From NCBI GenBank assembly GCA_030704615.1, contig CM060734.1, forward strand, positions 46,934,001-46,998,000: DNA of 64,000 nt. Reading direction: 5' to 3'. Below are positions 62,352 through 64,000 of this stretch, in pieces. The notes under the pieces are model-generated. The model was not told the DNA's origin, did not search any database, and worked only from the letters and a program-made list of their open reading frames with translations. The DNA is from Takakia lepidozioides (taxonomy: Eukaryota > Plantae > Bryophyta). Within the stretch, counting starts at the first letter, position 1. Each line of letters begins with the position of its first letter. A program made the translations under genes and the position numbers.

Positions 62352-63236
62352 AATGGCACTTTATATCGTCCGTAGAAACTTGCTCAAAGAGCTTATGGGA
62401 CAAAGGGAAAAAACAAGAGACAATAATGAAATGAAATGGTACTTTATAACGTCCGCGGAAAGCTCAAATGAGTAAGACAACCACAAAAAAAAAAAGCCAA
62501 AAGCAGCCCAAAAGCAACTACGTACCATTCTGAACGCAGGATTTTGGGACTTCTGTGTTGTTAACCCTTGTGCTAACTTAGACTAGATTCATAACGTTGG
62601 AAGCTCTACCTCCAAGTTGGTATCTTCATTCCCCTGCATCTACGTGATTAGCAGGTTAAAGGTTAACAACGATCATGGTTGCAACTTGCACTGATGGAAA
62701 GAGAACAAAGGAATGAAGTTTTTTCCCCCACCCCTTTTCTAGATGTTCAAAGGAATATCAGGGACATGGAATACAAAAGGAACAGAGCCCTGGTCCCTTA
62801 CGACCCTCAGCATAAACATATTACAAGTCCAGTTTGAATGATTCTTTAGATTAGAAGTTCTCGTGCACATGACCTCTGAAATGGGACATTTGTGTGTCTA
62901 TAGCGCTGTCTAACAATATTATTTATCTAGAGTACATTATCAAAGAGAGAATGTACGCATAAAAATCATATGAGTTGAGATATCAATTGGATCTTATAAT
63001 GTTCCTGGAATGTGCAACTAGTCATCTAGAGAATAAAGAGGAAGAGATAGATTGCAAAGAGTAGAGACATTGGCAGAAATAAATTGATTGCGTCCGTGGA
63101 TCCTAGAGCAAAGATAAAGTTATTTTACATGGTTACTGTGGGAAGATTGTAGGTCTTTGGTACCATTGTAACTATGTTGACATAGCCATTTATCCTCTGA
63201 CCCTCATTTCCCGTATACGTTTTTCTTCCCCGCCAT
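57841..63236 (-). pseudogene. Multi-exon gene or pseudogene for an unknown coiled-coil protein. Candidate exons 63236-~63164, 62639-62610, 61861-61635, ~61401-61180 (contains stops), ~59640-59430, ~58875-57841
   Basis: AG/GT-bounded, phase-compatible exons MQGNEDTNLE|KDVHAKALALDQERFEVACLRQDIIDQYEKK...ALRKENEELKNELE, and another heptad-rich segment ELQGVVDDLQLEITKKEE...RLEFENHELRRK. One candidate exon has in-frame stops. No family recognised. Confidence 0.4.
61421..62520. repeat. Pair of related repeats in inverted orientation (~61421-61546 and ~62345-62520), plus an (AG)n run at ~62319-62348
   Basis: TTTGTCCCATAAGCTCTTTGAGC..CCGCGGACGTTA.AAAGTACCATTTCATTTCATT matches the reverse complement of 62345-62520. 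Confidence 0.8.
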
Positions 63237-64000
63237 GTTGCTCAAGCCTCACAATCAATACATGACTCCCCGCTTCAATTTGACAAGCACTGTCAAACAA
63301 ATGAGCTTTGCAAATCCTTCCACAACTTGGGTTCATGAGAACTCTGCAACCCAGTGATGTAATCTTCCTACAATCACGTTAGGCTCTGGAAGTTCTCTAC
63401 CACCACACATAAGCGACCAACAGGTGCCTAGCCACTATCATCTAAAGATTTGTCTTGCCACTGCACATCCAATCAAACAAATCATGTTATACACTGTTCT
63501 ACAGAATCAAACGCATTACTTACTAATATGTCAAGGCGAAGCGGATTGTGAAGCTCACCTGAAATGAGATGAAGAGTATGGAGAAGGAGATAGTTGAGAG
63601 AGAGTGCGTTCAGTTGAAACTACACGTTCAACTGACCCTCCTGACCGCGCCGCCTCGTTGGGACCTTCCAAACACCACGCTGCCCTTTCGTCACCCTGCC
63701 CACAGTGGCCCTTTCTGTTTGTTTTTTGTTTTTTTTAAATTAATGAAAGGGCCCTTTCTGTTATTTTCTTTAAGTGGAAAGAATAACCACTTAGGGATTT
63801 TTATTTTCTTCTAAAGGGAAACACTAATTTTAACATTTAAAAAAAAACACTATCTTCTTTCTCTGATTCTTTCCTTTGATTGGCTAATCCCTCTCTTTGT
63901 TTTTGGCTGTCTATAGTATAGTCAGCTCTTGGCCTCATAAATAGTGGTTCTCCTAGGAGGTTCCTTGTTCCTTCTTGGTTCTTCTTTGGACATTGGTTGT

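Noticed and set aside
62557-62670. Third piggyBac-like element (GTTGTTAACC...GGTTAACAAC)
   Set aside because: The inverted match extends outside TTAA and only 2 bp inside, and it encloses a candidate exon; not supportable. The 45427-45514 CTAACCC...GGGTTAA pair is rejected likewise.

Overview
Eukaryotic nuclear DNA from a land plant, probably a bryophyte or another non-seed plant (inferred from gene content; the species cannot be determined). There are three recognisable spliced host genes. (1) A PLS-class PPR-E1-E2-DYW RNA-editing factor (minus strand, ~10006-13675). Its upstream exons, missed by the ORF track, encode two tandem OSB/PTAC9-type 'PDF' ssDNA-binding motifs. (2) PsbP-like protein 1 (PPL1, plus strand, 15521-18916), head-to-head with the PPR gene. 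(3) A cellulose synthase-like D gene (minus strand, 33851-38227). The rest is mostly mobile DNA: a full-length chromodomain Ty3/Gypsy element (23085-30025), the 5' end of a second LTR element inserted in a decayed hAT transposon, several hAT MITEs with 8-bp TSDs, tRNA-derived SINE families, a LINE remnant, an AT-rich minisatellite enclosing an OTU-like fragment, and two TTAA-flanked CCC...GGG piggyBac-like non-autonomous elements. Top candidates for novelty are the PDF-motif/PPR-DYW fusion (an editing deaminase with a putative organellar ssDNA-binding module) and the piggyBac-like elements in a plant. Exon models were derived by eye from GT-AG sites and phase compatibility and need RNA-seq confirmation.
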